DNA from: the human T2T-CHM13v2.0 reference genome, Homo sapiens
Length of the DNA stretch: 64,000 bases
Assembly: GCF_009914755.1 (NCBI RefSeq)
Contig: NC_060945.1
Strand: one strand, 5' to 3'
Position numbers and translations under genes: made by a program. Of the stretch, positions 38,503-52,259 are shown piece after piece (the stretch's first letter is position 1; each line of letters begins with the position of its first letter). The notes below the pieces were generated by a model. The model did no database searches and was not told the origin of the DNA. It saw nothing but the letters and a program-made list of their open reading frames with translations.

Positions 38503-41500
38503 CTAGAGATGATAAGATGTGTAAAAATTATGAACAATGCCACATTGTTATAGAAAAATACCTGACAAAATGGTCCAAGAGCTGCTTCATAGTTTCACAT
38601 TGTTTCTTTATTGCCATATACAATATCCAATAACATGTTTATTTTTGTGAATAAAATATGTTTCTATCCTTATCTAATCATTGCTGATGATTCAGGGTAC
38701 GGTAGGGAAGCTCTGTTTACCCAAGAAAGAATCAGAGTCTTTATAAAATGGAATTATTAAAGCCAAACACATTAAATTTCTATAAAGATTTTGTAAATAT
38801 CTAATATCTAATCTGCAGATAATTTTCTTGACACAATTCCAATTTTGATAATAATTGAAAAGGATAAAGACATGTCTTTTTATTACTAAATAGCTCTGTA
38901 AACATTTTGCTATAGGAAAATTAAATCATATTTTTATTCTTATATTGTGTAAGCTGATCGCTTCAGTTTAAGAGTCCTGTTAAATGTTTATATTCTTACT
39001 CTCACAGGTCTTACCATCACTGTGAAAATCATGCATATAATTTGCTAATGAATACTGAAATAAGGGCAAAAATTTCCACAATTGACACTGTTATTAATCA
39101 TTTATCTGTAGAGTATGTCGATACGTCTGGAAGGGAAACTAGATCTAGAGATGAAACAATGGATAGTAAATATCATTATAAAACTGATGGTATTGTCACA
39201 TACTTGCAGAACATAAGGAAATAAATTAATTATGCATTAGGGTAACAAAAGAGTGCAATTAGATAGATAGTTATAAGATAAACATTATAAGTTAAAGACT
39301 TTCATGCACTACTAAAAAAAGCCCTTCGTAAAATATAATTGAATAATAGCTTATTCCAATTTCAATAATGTCAAATAGAGCAATAGATTTAACAAGAAAT
39401 GTGCATGACATTGGTGCAGAAATTTTATGGAAGGATATAGATGACTTGAATGAATGAAGAATTATGACATTCATTTTATTGTATGAGAAGATAAAATACA
39501 GAAATGATACAATCCTTCCTATTTTAATTCAGAAATGTAATAGGATCCCAGTCAATATCACAGCATGATTTTTGGAAATTTACAAAAGTATCTTAATATT
39601 TATCTGATAAAAAGAAGATAATTTCCCACACAAAATATTAAAATATAGTTAAGCAGCATGGTGTAATTGTTAAAATTAGCAGCTTACTGAAATATAATAA
39701 AAATCCAATTTATTATTCTGTTTATATCCTTCATTTTTCTTAGAAATTTTATAAATATACAGAAGGAAATTAAATTTTTATATTTTGTTATATTCTTTTA
39801 TGTACAAGAAAAAATGTTAACTTTTGTTAAAATGTTGTTTCCTTATTGCTCCATCTGTTCTTTGAAAGTCTAGAAAAAATTAACTTAGAAAAGTTTATTG
39901 AGAATAGTTTTGTTGACTCAGAATTGCTTGTCTAATTAAGTTTATTCATTTCTTAGTGAAATATTTAAGACATTTTAATATGTTGGAGTAAAGTATGACT
40001 TTTCTTCAGATATTTTCAGTTTCTTAGCATGCAATCTGAATAATGTCCTACAATTTCAGGGGAAAAGTCTGTGGCCATTGTTATATCTTCTTGCTCATAT
40101 TTAATTTCATCACACACATATACACATTGCATCACAAGATTTATTTCTGTTTTCACAATTCCTCCCATCAACTGATCAATTTACCAATTCTGCCCTTATT
40201 CTATATATTAACACTTTAGTGTTTGCTTTAATTTTTATTATTTCATCTTTCTATGTACTTTATAGTTGCCTATTTGGCCTCATCCTAACTTGCAAGGTCC
40301 ACAAGCACATATCTCCAGTTTTGCTCTTTTAATTGTTACTGTAAAATGATTAACATATTTAAAGGCCTGCCCATGTTTTGCTTTATATGTTGAAATACAA
40401 CCTAGATTTTCATGTGCAGTGTTCTTATTTTCTTTATTTTATAAGTATTTTACTGTCTTAGGCTTTTTTCTTCTACTCATTACATAATTAAAATACATAT
40501 TTCGATATAATTTTTAGTAAACTAATCTCTAGTTTTATAGCATCGTGGGTTGGCAATGCAATGTTTGGTAAAGTATTGAAATTCTTCTGGATTGCAGACT
40601 ATGCTGTTTTTCTAAATATTGTACAAATTGTTGAAAAGACCTGTGATTAAGAACATTTCTGTTTTTCTACATCATCATTTGTCATTTTTATTTGACCTAT
40701 GTTTATTATTTTTATATAGTGTTTTCTTAAATTGATAGAAGTGTGATAAATTATTTAATATCTACTGTATTCCTCTTAAATTTGCTTATTTCTAATATTT
40801 GCTTTTCGATTATGTCAATCTATTTTTTGACTCACAGTTAATAATAGCTGTTGTAACCTTATTACTTGTAGCAGTCTTCTCAATGTATAATTAAAATTTG
40901 TACAATGTAATACTTTTAATTTATACTTTATTTCATAAGACTTTTGTTGCACTTGTTTTCAGCCTGCATTGCTTTTTATATCTTTCGCCAATTTTTTTTC
41001 TTGTTTTAACTATTTTTGTGTGTTTAAAGCAGATGACCACAATTGATATTTGGTGACCACAGTACAAATGGGTGAAAAATGTATTATTGGCTAGAGCTAA
41101 TACTAATTAGATAAATATTACATTCGGAGCAATAAAGTAATGATGCCTTAGGCAATGTCACAAAGTTCTGAAGCTTTTATGTTATTCAGTGAGTCAAATC
41201 ATTGCAAATTATGAATACTTGTCAGAAAAAATATATATCTATACAGCATTTTAAATATAATCTTGAGATCTGTATGAACACCAAAAATTCAAGGCACATA
41301 AAATTAAATGATGAAAATATTTAACAGCCTGCCCATATTTTGCTTTATATGTTGAAATCCAAACCTAAAAGCTAAGTTAGATGGCTTCATAGGCCAGGAA
41401 TCTTGATGCCTAGTGTGGGACATTGAAATTACTAGGATTGAGAAATTGAAGGATTTTTTTAACTAACTAGCAAAAACTAATAACCTTATTTTTCCAATTT

Positions 41501-42839
41501 TTCTTTACCCATAGATAAAAGGATGATAATCATTCTCATATATAGTTTAAGAGTCAACTCTTTGAGATACATTACTTCCGGAAAGAACTATGTAGATTAG
41601 CCATTTGAAAATCTAAGTCATTATTAGAAAGAAAATTGCTCTTATTGTTTGATGAGCTTAGGACTGGGATCTTAACTCTAGTAACAGCTCTAATTGGAAG
41701 TCTTGACTAGTTTCCTGGGCATACAGGACAAACAGTTCTTTTAACAGAGTCAAAATATTTGCTGATAAGGGGCCATCAAGGCTTTAGTGATGTTTTTGGC
41801 ATGTTGGAGTCACATTGAGGGACTCAAGTGTTTTTCAGGGCAAAGGTGACCTTAATAAAGCTGCAAATACTCCTGATAAACTTGGGATAATTAAATAAGT
41901 TGTCTTCTCCTGATGTCATTAAATATTCAGTTTACATAACTTCCTGTGTTCTGATTCTTTGCCAGGTACACAGCTTTCTGATTACTATGACATTCACCAC
42001 TCCTTACAGGAAAAGGGTAAGTTAATTATATTAAGTTTAAGCCCTTTGGCCACTCTGACAGTGATTTCTCAGGGTAAATTAATAAATTGGCCTCTGATTA
42101 TGATTTCATTTCTCATATAAAATAAAGATGACATGCTGATAAAATAGGCTTTGAGTATTTCCATTTCCCCGTGATAGTAATTTGTCTCTGTAAATTAATA
42201 AAATGATCTGATTATAATTTGGATTTCCATGTAGGTTAACTATAGGGATAATTCAAAAATCAAGCTAACGCAAATGTTATAGTTCCTGTAACAATGATTT
42301 CATGTTGTATATTAATGAATAGGCATTCTGTTTTATAGATGAGCCACTTTAACTTGTTAATGGCAGTCAGGCCCTGAGAGATGGAGTTGTTCTCAGTGTA
42401 CTGACTGAGCCATCTAACCAACCCTACAAGCTAAAGAGCTAGACTTTGGATAGGGATACATTTTTAAGCGTAACTAATGTTTTCCTAGGAGGCTCCTCCT
42501 AGAGATTTGACTTTTTCTTCTCTGGAGATTCTGGAAACGTCTCTCTGTTCCCCATGAGATAAGAATTAATTATGCAATGGAATTATTTTTGTCAACACAT
42601 ACCTGGGGCTAAATTCTGTATCAGTGGTATTCCAGAAAATATCCTTACCCAGCTCATTTCTTTAATGAATCTATTGAACAATGTTCTGGGCTATCCAAGA
42701 TACATAACCATGAAGATACAGGTGATCTGTTATTGCAGAGCCTTGTACATGCTTCACTGATGTGTCTCATTACCTGAGCTTCCATGCCAACCACAGACTG
42801 CTTCTGCTCTTGTTATTACTAGTTTCTCCTTTAAAATGT

Positions 42840-43608
42840 TGATATGGGATGGGGGCAGGGAAGTGCTGGGTAGAGAAGGGTGGGGTCCCTGGCAAGAGCT
42901 GTGGTCCTGTGCCCGTGGACGTAAGTAAGAACGGGCACTCTTGTTTCCATGCCCAAATGTTGCATTTTTCAAGACCACTCTGGCCCATTATGACCCCCAC
43001 CCTGTGCCCATATAAACCTGAGACCTTAGCGGACACACACACAAGCAGCTGAACGTCAAGAGGAGTGGTGGAGAGCAGCAGAGAGCAGCCAGGCGATATG
43101 GCAGAGAAGGAAGGAAGACGTGCCTGAATGTCAAGAGGAGCTCGTCTAACAACAGCTGAACTGCCGGGAAAGATTATCTCCCCAACCCCTCCACCTTCCA
43201 GCTCCCCATCCATCTCACTGAGAGCCACCTCCATCACTCGATAAAACCTTGTACTCATCCTTCAAGCCTACGTGTGATGCAATTATTTCAAGATATGGGG
43301 CAAGAACTTAGGATACAGAAGGCTGTCACACTGCTCCTCTGCCCTTGTGATAAGGCAGAGGGTCCATTGAACTGATTAACACACAAGCCGCCTGCAGATG
43401 GCAAATCAGAAAGAGCTTTGTAACCCATGCCCATTTGGGCTTCTGGAGTTGCAGACACCCAGCCCTTGGCACTGCTATGGGGCCGGAGCCCAAAAGTTGT
43501 CACTCAGACTTCTGCACCTGTACCTCTGCATGCTCCCCCTTGGGGTTTGAGCAAGTCACACCCCTGTCACATGTCCTGTGAGGGGATTCAGGGAACTCTC
43601 CCATTTCA
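42840..43608 (+). mobile_element. ERV1 solo LTR (LTR1/LTR27/LTR28-like)
   Basis: TG...CA ends, GGGCAGGGAAGTGCTGGG start, CCCAAATGTTGCATTTT, TATAAA at about 43011, GC-rich against an AT background. Flanks ATGT/ATAT. Confidence 0.8.
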
Positions 43609-44374
43609 ATATTTGTAGGTTAAATATCATATTTTACTCTGCAACTAGAAGTCTTTGTTTAATTTATGAAGCTTATTTATATCTGTCTTTGCCTCTTTTT
43701 AACCTCATAAACGAACCATCAGAACTACCTCGGTTTTTGCTTTACATATTTGAAAATTTTCCCTTGTTCTCTATTAATTAATTAGAAACATTTTATGCTG
43801 TAACCAGGACAATTACTCCCATGTTGGTATCCTGGTAGTCTAATTATGCTTAAGTAAATAATGAGATGGTTCACATTTAAACGGTGTCGTAAAATCAAAA
43901 TATAAACTGCATCAAAATCATTAGCGCAGTTGTTAATTTTGAGTTTTCTTTAAAAACAGGTTGGTTCAAAGTTCACAGTATTGGAGTATTACAAATGTAC
44001 TTATCATATTCTTAAAAGAGTTATATTCAGAGACTTTCATAAAATTCTACAGTTAATGTAACTGGCTGTTGAAGTACATGGCTTTCCAGTTAATGGCAAT
44101 ATCAGATTCCTCAATTTCTGGTACTCCTCTAGAAATTTAACTTCACATTTAGTGGGCTGAAATAGTTGTCTGAACTTAGAGAGAGAAACAAAATTTTACG
44201 GGATTCTTGAATGTGATGCTCCAACTTTTTTATGTAGAACATGTATTTTATGTTCTTTAAAATGTATCCTAAGATAAATTCAAAGTACCAGACTTAAATA
44301 TCTGTACTATAACATTTTTCTCCAACCACAATAGAATTTTACTTATTTGTCCTTATACCATTTGCCATTGTTGA

Positions 44375-44743
<369 letters not shown>

Positions 44744-44824
44744 TGCGATTTATTTTTGTAGTTACAGGGAGAATAATATCTGACTTCAAAGAGTTTGTAT
44801 TGTCACATCATGTTCTCTTTACTG

Positions 44825-46263
44825 TATATATATATAAATTATATATAAATTATATAGAAATATATAAAGTATATATAAATTATATAGAAATATATAAAGT
44901 ATATATAAATTATATAGAAATATATAAAGTATATATAAATTATATAGAAATATATAAAGTATATATAAATTATATAGAAATATATAAAGTATATATAAAT
45001 TATATAGAAATATATAAAGTATATATAAATTATATAGAAATATATAAAGTATATATAAATTATATAGAAATATATAAAGTATATATAAATTATATAGAAA
45101 TATATAAAGTATATATAAATTATATAGAAATATATAAAGTATATATAAATTATATAGAAATATATAAATTATATAGAAATATATAAAGTATATATAAATT
45201 ATATAGAAATTATATATAAATATATAAAGTATATATAAATTATATAGAAATATATAAAGTATATATAAATTATATAGAAATATATAAAGTATATATAAAT
45301 TATATAGAAATATATAAAGTATATATAAATTATATAGAAATATATAAAGTATATATAAATTATATAGAAATATATAAAGTATATATAAATTATATAGAAA
45401 TATATAAAGTATATATAAATTATATAGAAATATATAAAGTATATATAAATTATATAGAAATATATAAATTATATAGAAATATATAAATTATATATAAATT
45501 ATATAGAAATATATAAATTATATATAAATTATATAGAAATATATAAATTATATATAAATTATATATAAATTATATATAAATATATAAAGTATATATAAAT
45601 TATATATAAATTATATATAAATATATAAAGTATATATAAATTATATAGAAATATATAAAGTATATATAAATTGTAGAGAAATATATAAAGTATATATAAA
45701 TTGTAGAGAAATATATAAAGTATATATAAATTATATAGAAATATATAAAGTATATATAAATTATATAGAAATATATAAAGTATATATAAATTATATAGAA
45801 ATATATAAAGTATATATAAATTATATAGAAATATATAAAGTATATATAAATTATATAGAAATATATAAAGTATATATAAATTATATAGAAATATATAAAG
45901 TATATATAAATTATATAGAAATATATAAAGTATATATAAATTATATAGAAATATATAAAGTATATAGAAATATATAAATTATATATAAATTATATAGAAA
46001 TATATAAATTATATATAAATTATATATAAATTATATATAAATATATAAAGTATATATAAATTATATAGAAATATATAAAGTATATATAAATTATATAGAA
46101 ATATATAAAGTATATATAAATTGTAGAGAAATATATAAAGTATATATAAATTATATAGAAATATATAAAGTATATATAAATTATATAGAAATATATAAAG
46201 TATATATAAATTATATAGAAATATATAAATTATATATATTATATACTGTATATATAATTTATA
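44825..46263. repeat. TA-rich minisatellite, 30-bp unit TATATAGAAATATATAAAGTATATATAAAT
   Basis: About 1.44 kb of near-perfect 30-mers built from 10-bp subunits. Variant TTGTAGAGAA at 45671, 45701 and 46121. Confidence 0.97.
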
Positions 46264-46419
46264 CAGCATATTAGGAATACTCATGGAATTATTTTTCCTC
46301 AGATCATAGGATTAAATGTTGAAATTCTGATGACATTTTGAAAATATATCAAAAGTTGGTCCTCTAATACAAAATACTATAAAATGAGCAAACCACAGTA
46401 GCTTTCGATTAAGTCATTC

Positions 46420-47550
46420 TCAAGTTTACTCATTCAGCATATATACATTGTGCATGTACTGAAAAGGGTCGTTTTAAGCTTTGGGGATACACTAATGAAA
46501 AAAAAAATGTCAAGAGAAAAAAGTCCCTTTCCTATGGACCATACGTTATTCCAGGTGAGAACAATAATATCAGATATTAAAGTACACGAAGAAAACAGCA
46601 AGCAGTGGGCTAGAAAGTGCAGCAAGGGAGTTAAAATTTTACAGAGTGGTCAGGGAAACCTCACAGAGAATGAAATTTTGAGACAACTGTCAGGAACACA
46701 GAGAAGAAAATTTTGAGACAACTGTCAGGAAAGATGAGAAAGCAAATTCTGTTGATATTTGAGAGAAGAGCTCTCCAGTTGGAAGGAAGAGCAAGCACTA
46801 AGACACTGATGGGAAGCATATGTCTGGCATATTCAGAATTAGCAGGGGGACAAAGGTGGTCAGAGGAATGGGCACTGGTAAGAGGTGAGGTCAAGGAAGT
46901 CCCATGGTGGAGGAGGGTGGCAGGAGGGGGTGGGGAAGAGTCTGCATAAATTGCCAGGCAAGTCTAGCTCTCCCTGTGGGTAGGCAACAATAGGTTTCAG
47001 CAACTGCCTATAAATAGACATGTGCTGACTGTTGAGAGATGAAGGTAATCTAGGAGCCATTGTGAACAACAACTAGGAAAGAGATCCAAGGAGATATGGG
47101 CGGAACTTTAAATGCATCTACTATGTGTAGTTTGAACAAAGACTCTTTGATGTTTGTAATGGTGTAATGGTGGAGGTGGCAAGAAGTGGTTGGATTCTTG
47201 GTGTATTTTGAAAGTACAGTCAATGTAACTTTTTGATGAGTTGGAAGTAGGCTTCAAGAGAAAGAGTCAAGAAAATCAAAAGTTTGGGGCCTGAATACCT
47301 AAAGATATGGAAATGTCATAAACTGATACGGCAAAAGGGTAAAAACAGCAAATTTTCATTAGAATAAAGATGAGAAGTTTAATTTTAGACATATTCAGCT
47401 TAAGATGACTCTAAGACATGTCGGATTTGTAGCGATAGATAGATACATGTCTCATTCTCAGGTGGGAGTCCTGGGCTGGAAAGGAGAAACACAATTCATA
47501 GGCACAGAGATATAGTTTTTTTTCATTAAGATGAAAGAGATCACTGAGAT
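46420..47550 (-). mobile_element. L2 fragments
   Basis: TTTACTCATTCAGCATATATACATTGTGC end motif and L2 body motifs. Confidence 0.65.
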
Positions 47551-47958
47551 ATGGGGGCTTTGTTTTATCAGTTAGATTTCTCAGACTAATAAACTCCCCA
47601 AAGGAAGAAAGTAAATGTTCCGTTTGATAAGATTAAGGAACAGTTGTTCTGATTGATTCCTGCCAACAATGAAAGTCCTGGTTATTGGTTTTCCTCGTGG
47701 ACTTGCTTTTATTCAGGCAGTTGGCGTGCTTACCTAGTATCGGCATCTGGCCTGGTAGACCACGGCCTTTTCTTTCTACTGTATCCCTTCGACTTTAAAG
47801 TAAGAAGAGCCTGATAGGTGCCCAGGATTTAATGAAGTTTTTAGGGTCTACTCACATTGAATGTCTTTAAGTTACAAGAACTCATTATGTTTTCTGTTTA
47901 CTTCCTGTCACTTCCTCCTGAGAAGCCTGTCACTTTTTCTCTTTCTTTTTACACTTGT

Positions 47959-47999
47959 ACACACACGCACATGCATGTACGCGCACACACACACACACA
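47959..47999 (+). repeat. Imperfect (CA)n
   Basis: Alternating purine-pyrimidine tract. Confidence 0.85.
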
Positions 48000-48722
48000 G
48001 TACCCATCTTCTTCATCTAGCTTCTACTCACTTCTATTCACCTACTTTTACTTCTATGCTTCTACTCATCTACTTATCTGTCAGAAATCACTCCTTCCAC
48101 TTCACCGTCTCATAATCAATGATCACAGGATATGTTATATGATTGTGAGAATAACAAATCTCAACTTGTATTGCCTAGTGGATTAACAGTATCCTCCCAC
48201 ATAGACTGTGTATCCAAGAGAAGAGAGACCATATCCACCTCGTACATCTGTACATTTCTGGTGTCTGGATGATAACTTTACACTGCAAGCAAGCATTCCG
48301 TAAATACTTGTGTAATTAAACTAAATTGACTTGGAAGTACCAATAATATCATCAGTCACGCAAAAACAAATATAAAAACATGGAAGCAAAATTATTGCAA
48401 TAAGCAAATGTAAATAAAGTCAAATTCACCTTCATAAGATCATATAATATTACATTTAAAAAAAACATGAATTTTCTCAAAAGAATAATTTAAGTGGAAA
48501 TATATGGACTTATTAAAATAGTATAATTGCAGAAAAATAGATAAAAAATTTGAAATTTCTCTCGCTCAATCCAGAACCTGCAGCTAATATTCTAAAGTCA
48601 TTTAAAATGTGGCTATGAGCTAACTTTTGATAACATTGATGGGACGAAGAACAGTGGAAAGAGAGCTAGCACTTCACAGGAAGGTGAGTCCAATGGGCTA
48701 AGTGGCTCTCAGGGTTGATTCC

Positions 48723-48841
48723 TCAGTAGAATCCATAGTATCTGCCACCGCAAGAAGAGTAGCAGCAACTGTAACAGTATCACAATACCCACAGCCATGC
48801 CCATAGCCCAGGCCACCATCACAGTTACCACAGTAGCACGT
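48723..48841 (-). pseudogene. KRTAP20/19-like HGT pseudogene
   Basis: Start mutated to ACG (GATACC-ACG, 48839-48841). Reads TCYCGNCDGGLGYGHGCGYC, then a frameshift, then YCYSCCYSSCGGRYYGFY*. Length 119 nt is not a multiple of 3. Upstream ctcagtagtgggt matches the KRTAP19-6 promoter. Confidence 0.85.
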
Positions 48842-49184
48842 GGTATCAGAAGTGGAGGATTAACTCCAAGACAGAAATTTGTTTCCTTAGTTTGAACATT
48901 ATCTCAGTAGTGGGTACAGCATCTTGGCCTTCTAATGTTTTGTTTGAATAACCCATTGTTTCTGAATTCTTCTCTGTTTCTTTCCTTTAAACAGTTCAAC
49001 ATGTTGACATTGTGTCACCCTGACACCTTAATATTATTATTATGTTATGACTTTGTTTATATTCTTTTCTCACGTAAAAATCTATGAGCTACTTCAGGGC
49101 ACAGATTCTATCTTATCCATCCCTATACCCCATTGCCTACCAAAGCATCTGGCACATAATAGGCACTTAAATATTTGCTCAATG

Positions 49185-49484
49185 GGCTGAGTGTGGTGGT
49201 TCACACCTGCAATCCCAGCACTTTGGGAGGCTGAGGCAGGTGGATGCTTGAGGCCAGGAGTTCTAGACCAGCCTGGCCAACATGGCAAAACCTACCAAAA
49301 ATACAAAAACTAGCCAGCCATGGTGGTACACACCTGTAGTCCCAGCTACTTAGGAGGCTGAGGCACACGAATCGCTTGAACCCATGAGGCAGAAGTTGCA
49401 GTGAGCTGAGATCACGCCACAGCACTCCAGCCTCGGCGCCAGATTCAGACTCTGTCTCAAAAAATAAAAATAAAAATAAATAAA
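49185..49484 (+). mobile_element. AluS/J inserted in an L2 end
   Basis: Full Alu; flanks ATATTTGCT(C/G)AATG. Confidence 0.93.
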
Positions 49485-51900
49485 CACATATTTGCTGAAT
49501 GAATTAATGCATGGATGTGTGAATGAATAGATGAATTCTTACAAGAAACGTATTAATGGCTCAGAATGATTTTAAACAAAAGGAAATCTTTTATACTGGG
49601 TAACTAAATATTAACTAATCTCTGTAGTAAAATGTTGACAGTTAAATCATGTGCCCTCAATGAGATTACCTCCCTCCTTTAAAGTTTTGGTCATTTAGAT
49701 TTCAGTTTTTGAATTCATTAGTAGTTTTCACGGCATTACATGTATCCTGATAACCCCGTTTTAAGGAGACAGTTTGTAAATAACATCCAAGATTACAAGG
49801 TGATTTACAGCTTGGAGTACTTATTTGATTATAGGTAGAAGGAAGGCATATAAAGCTAAGTTTGGCAAACAGTTTTGTAGCATTAGGACCAAAATTGTTG
49901 TACAACCAGAAGATTCTCCTCTGCGCTTATATTTTAACAAGTATTGATTACTTGGCATGAATTCCACCTGTGTGACTTTATTTTTTCAGACATTTAAGCA
50001 TTGATCGAAGACCTGGATGGCCAACATCATTTATGAGATCTTGATATACACATAATTTATATTTAGGATTCCAGTAATGCTGACCATGTTTTGTCACTCA
50101 AAAGCATAATCGTTATTGTTGTGAATGTGTTACTGTCATTTTTTATCTGGAGAATAGAATGTTTAGTTAAGCCCATTACCTCATGCTCTTGGGCCTTAAT
50201 ACCAGGATAAAAGCAAGATACAGGTGCTTGGATAGCTGTGATTAAACAGCTTAGATAATTCAGTAAGTTTCAAACATATTTACATAAAAACAATTAGAAA
50301 AAGATAGTTTAAAAGCTTTCAGAAAAAATAAGATAATTTTCTTTAAAATTATCTTTAAAATAAATTTCTTTAAAAATAAAAACATTTCATAGTATTTTAA
50401 TGTGACTTGTAATTGGCACAAAAAGGAAATATCTTGCACCAAGATAAATTTAATTATTGTTAAATATGTGCTCAATAATTTTATTCTAGTCTGTTATTTA
50501 TTAATTTCTTAAAGAAACATACCTTTAGATACTAACATTTTGCTCAGAGCCCAGGTTCCTTTTCAATCTAATTAATTTATTTATGTCAACACATTTGACT
50601 AAGAGCAGTTCTTTCTTGCAAGTAACTTCTCCTCCAGAGATCCTAAGGCTTTGCTGGATTTTATTCATAGAGCTCTTTCAGCCTGCCATCTCCTTTAACA
50701 GCCCTCAATGACAAGACAGCTCATTCTGGCAAAATAGAAAAGGAGTGCTTTGATTTAAGAAGAAGGACATGTGAAACAACAGAGGCATGTTTTCACTATA
50801 TGTTTACAAATGTAATACAAAATCTATATAGTAGCTTCTTGTGCATCCCACTAAAGTGAAGTTCTACCATATTGGTTCATTAGTGATACAGCAAGTCCAA
50901 AGTCATCTATCCCTTGGCATGGAAGCGATGATAGCAAACTTGGCATGTGAGGTACAATGAATCTCCCTATTCCACTGGCTTTGAATTTATTAAAAATTTG
51001 TATTAATGTCCAGAACTATTGGGGAACTAACACTTGTTGAGTACAGTTTTATTTCTTATATCATTAAAACATCACACAATCCAAAGAGATAAATATATCC
51101 TCACTTTTACAAATTAAAAAACTGAGGCAAAAAGAAGTCGAGTAATTGGCTAAAAGTCATATGAAAAGTAAGGAGAACAGTGATGGTCCAAACTCAGACC
51201 TACCCAGCTATGTGACGGTAGCATCGCTTTATAAAAATTCATTTTTTATCTGTTCCTTTTAACTTAAAAAATGCCTACTACCATACATATCACTTGTCCT
51301 TTCCTTGGAAAAATCAAGGGTTAAAATATTTGATGTTTTCTCAGCACACCTCTTTAGAGCAGACATGAACACAATGTGCCTTGAAATTTACTCCACTCAC
51401 CATTTAGAAAGATGGAAATTGGAGTGATACCAGATTTTTTTTCTAACCTATCCTATAAAGACACACTAAAAATCACCTTCTAATAAGGGAATACCACACT
51501 GGGCATGAGTAAACAGGGATTACAACAAGCTGACCAGCTATAAACCATGAGACATACTGCATGGTTTTTCAGATCTTCTGCAAATAAGCTGAAGAACGAC
51601 AGTCAAAAGGATGTGAAGTACAAAACACGAATTATGGCTGCAGGGAAGCTCAACATGAGATGATGCAGCGAACATACAGTCTGACTGAAAAGGCCAAAAG
51701 CCAGGGTATGTAAGGAAAATAAAGCTACTGTTTTGGATAATAGCATTGGTTGTGCTGTGACTAAAATGACTAAATGAGATTGAAAATCTACCATGATTAA
51801 AATTAATTAATATAAATTATTGCAGTACCATGGAGGACCTGGTTCTTAACAATGCACACTCTGTGGAAGAAAGCATTCATTCATGTATTGGTATTTTTAG

Positions 51901-52229
<329 letters not shown>

Positions 52230-52259
52230 TATATATTTATAATTTGTAATTGATGTGTT

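Noticed and set aside
42770-43258. Longest ORF, 162 aa
   Set aside because: Antisense reading of a GC-rich LTR; no recognisable domain.
44800-45186. 128-aa repetitive ORF (YKVYINYIEI)n, and 46009-46284
   Set aside because: Translation of the 30-bp TA minisatellite; no coding context.
44825-46263. CRISPR-like regular array
   Set aside because: Units are contiguous with no unique spacers; primate DNA with no cas genes.
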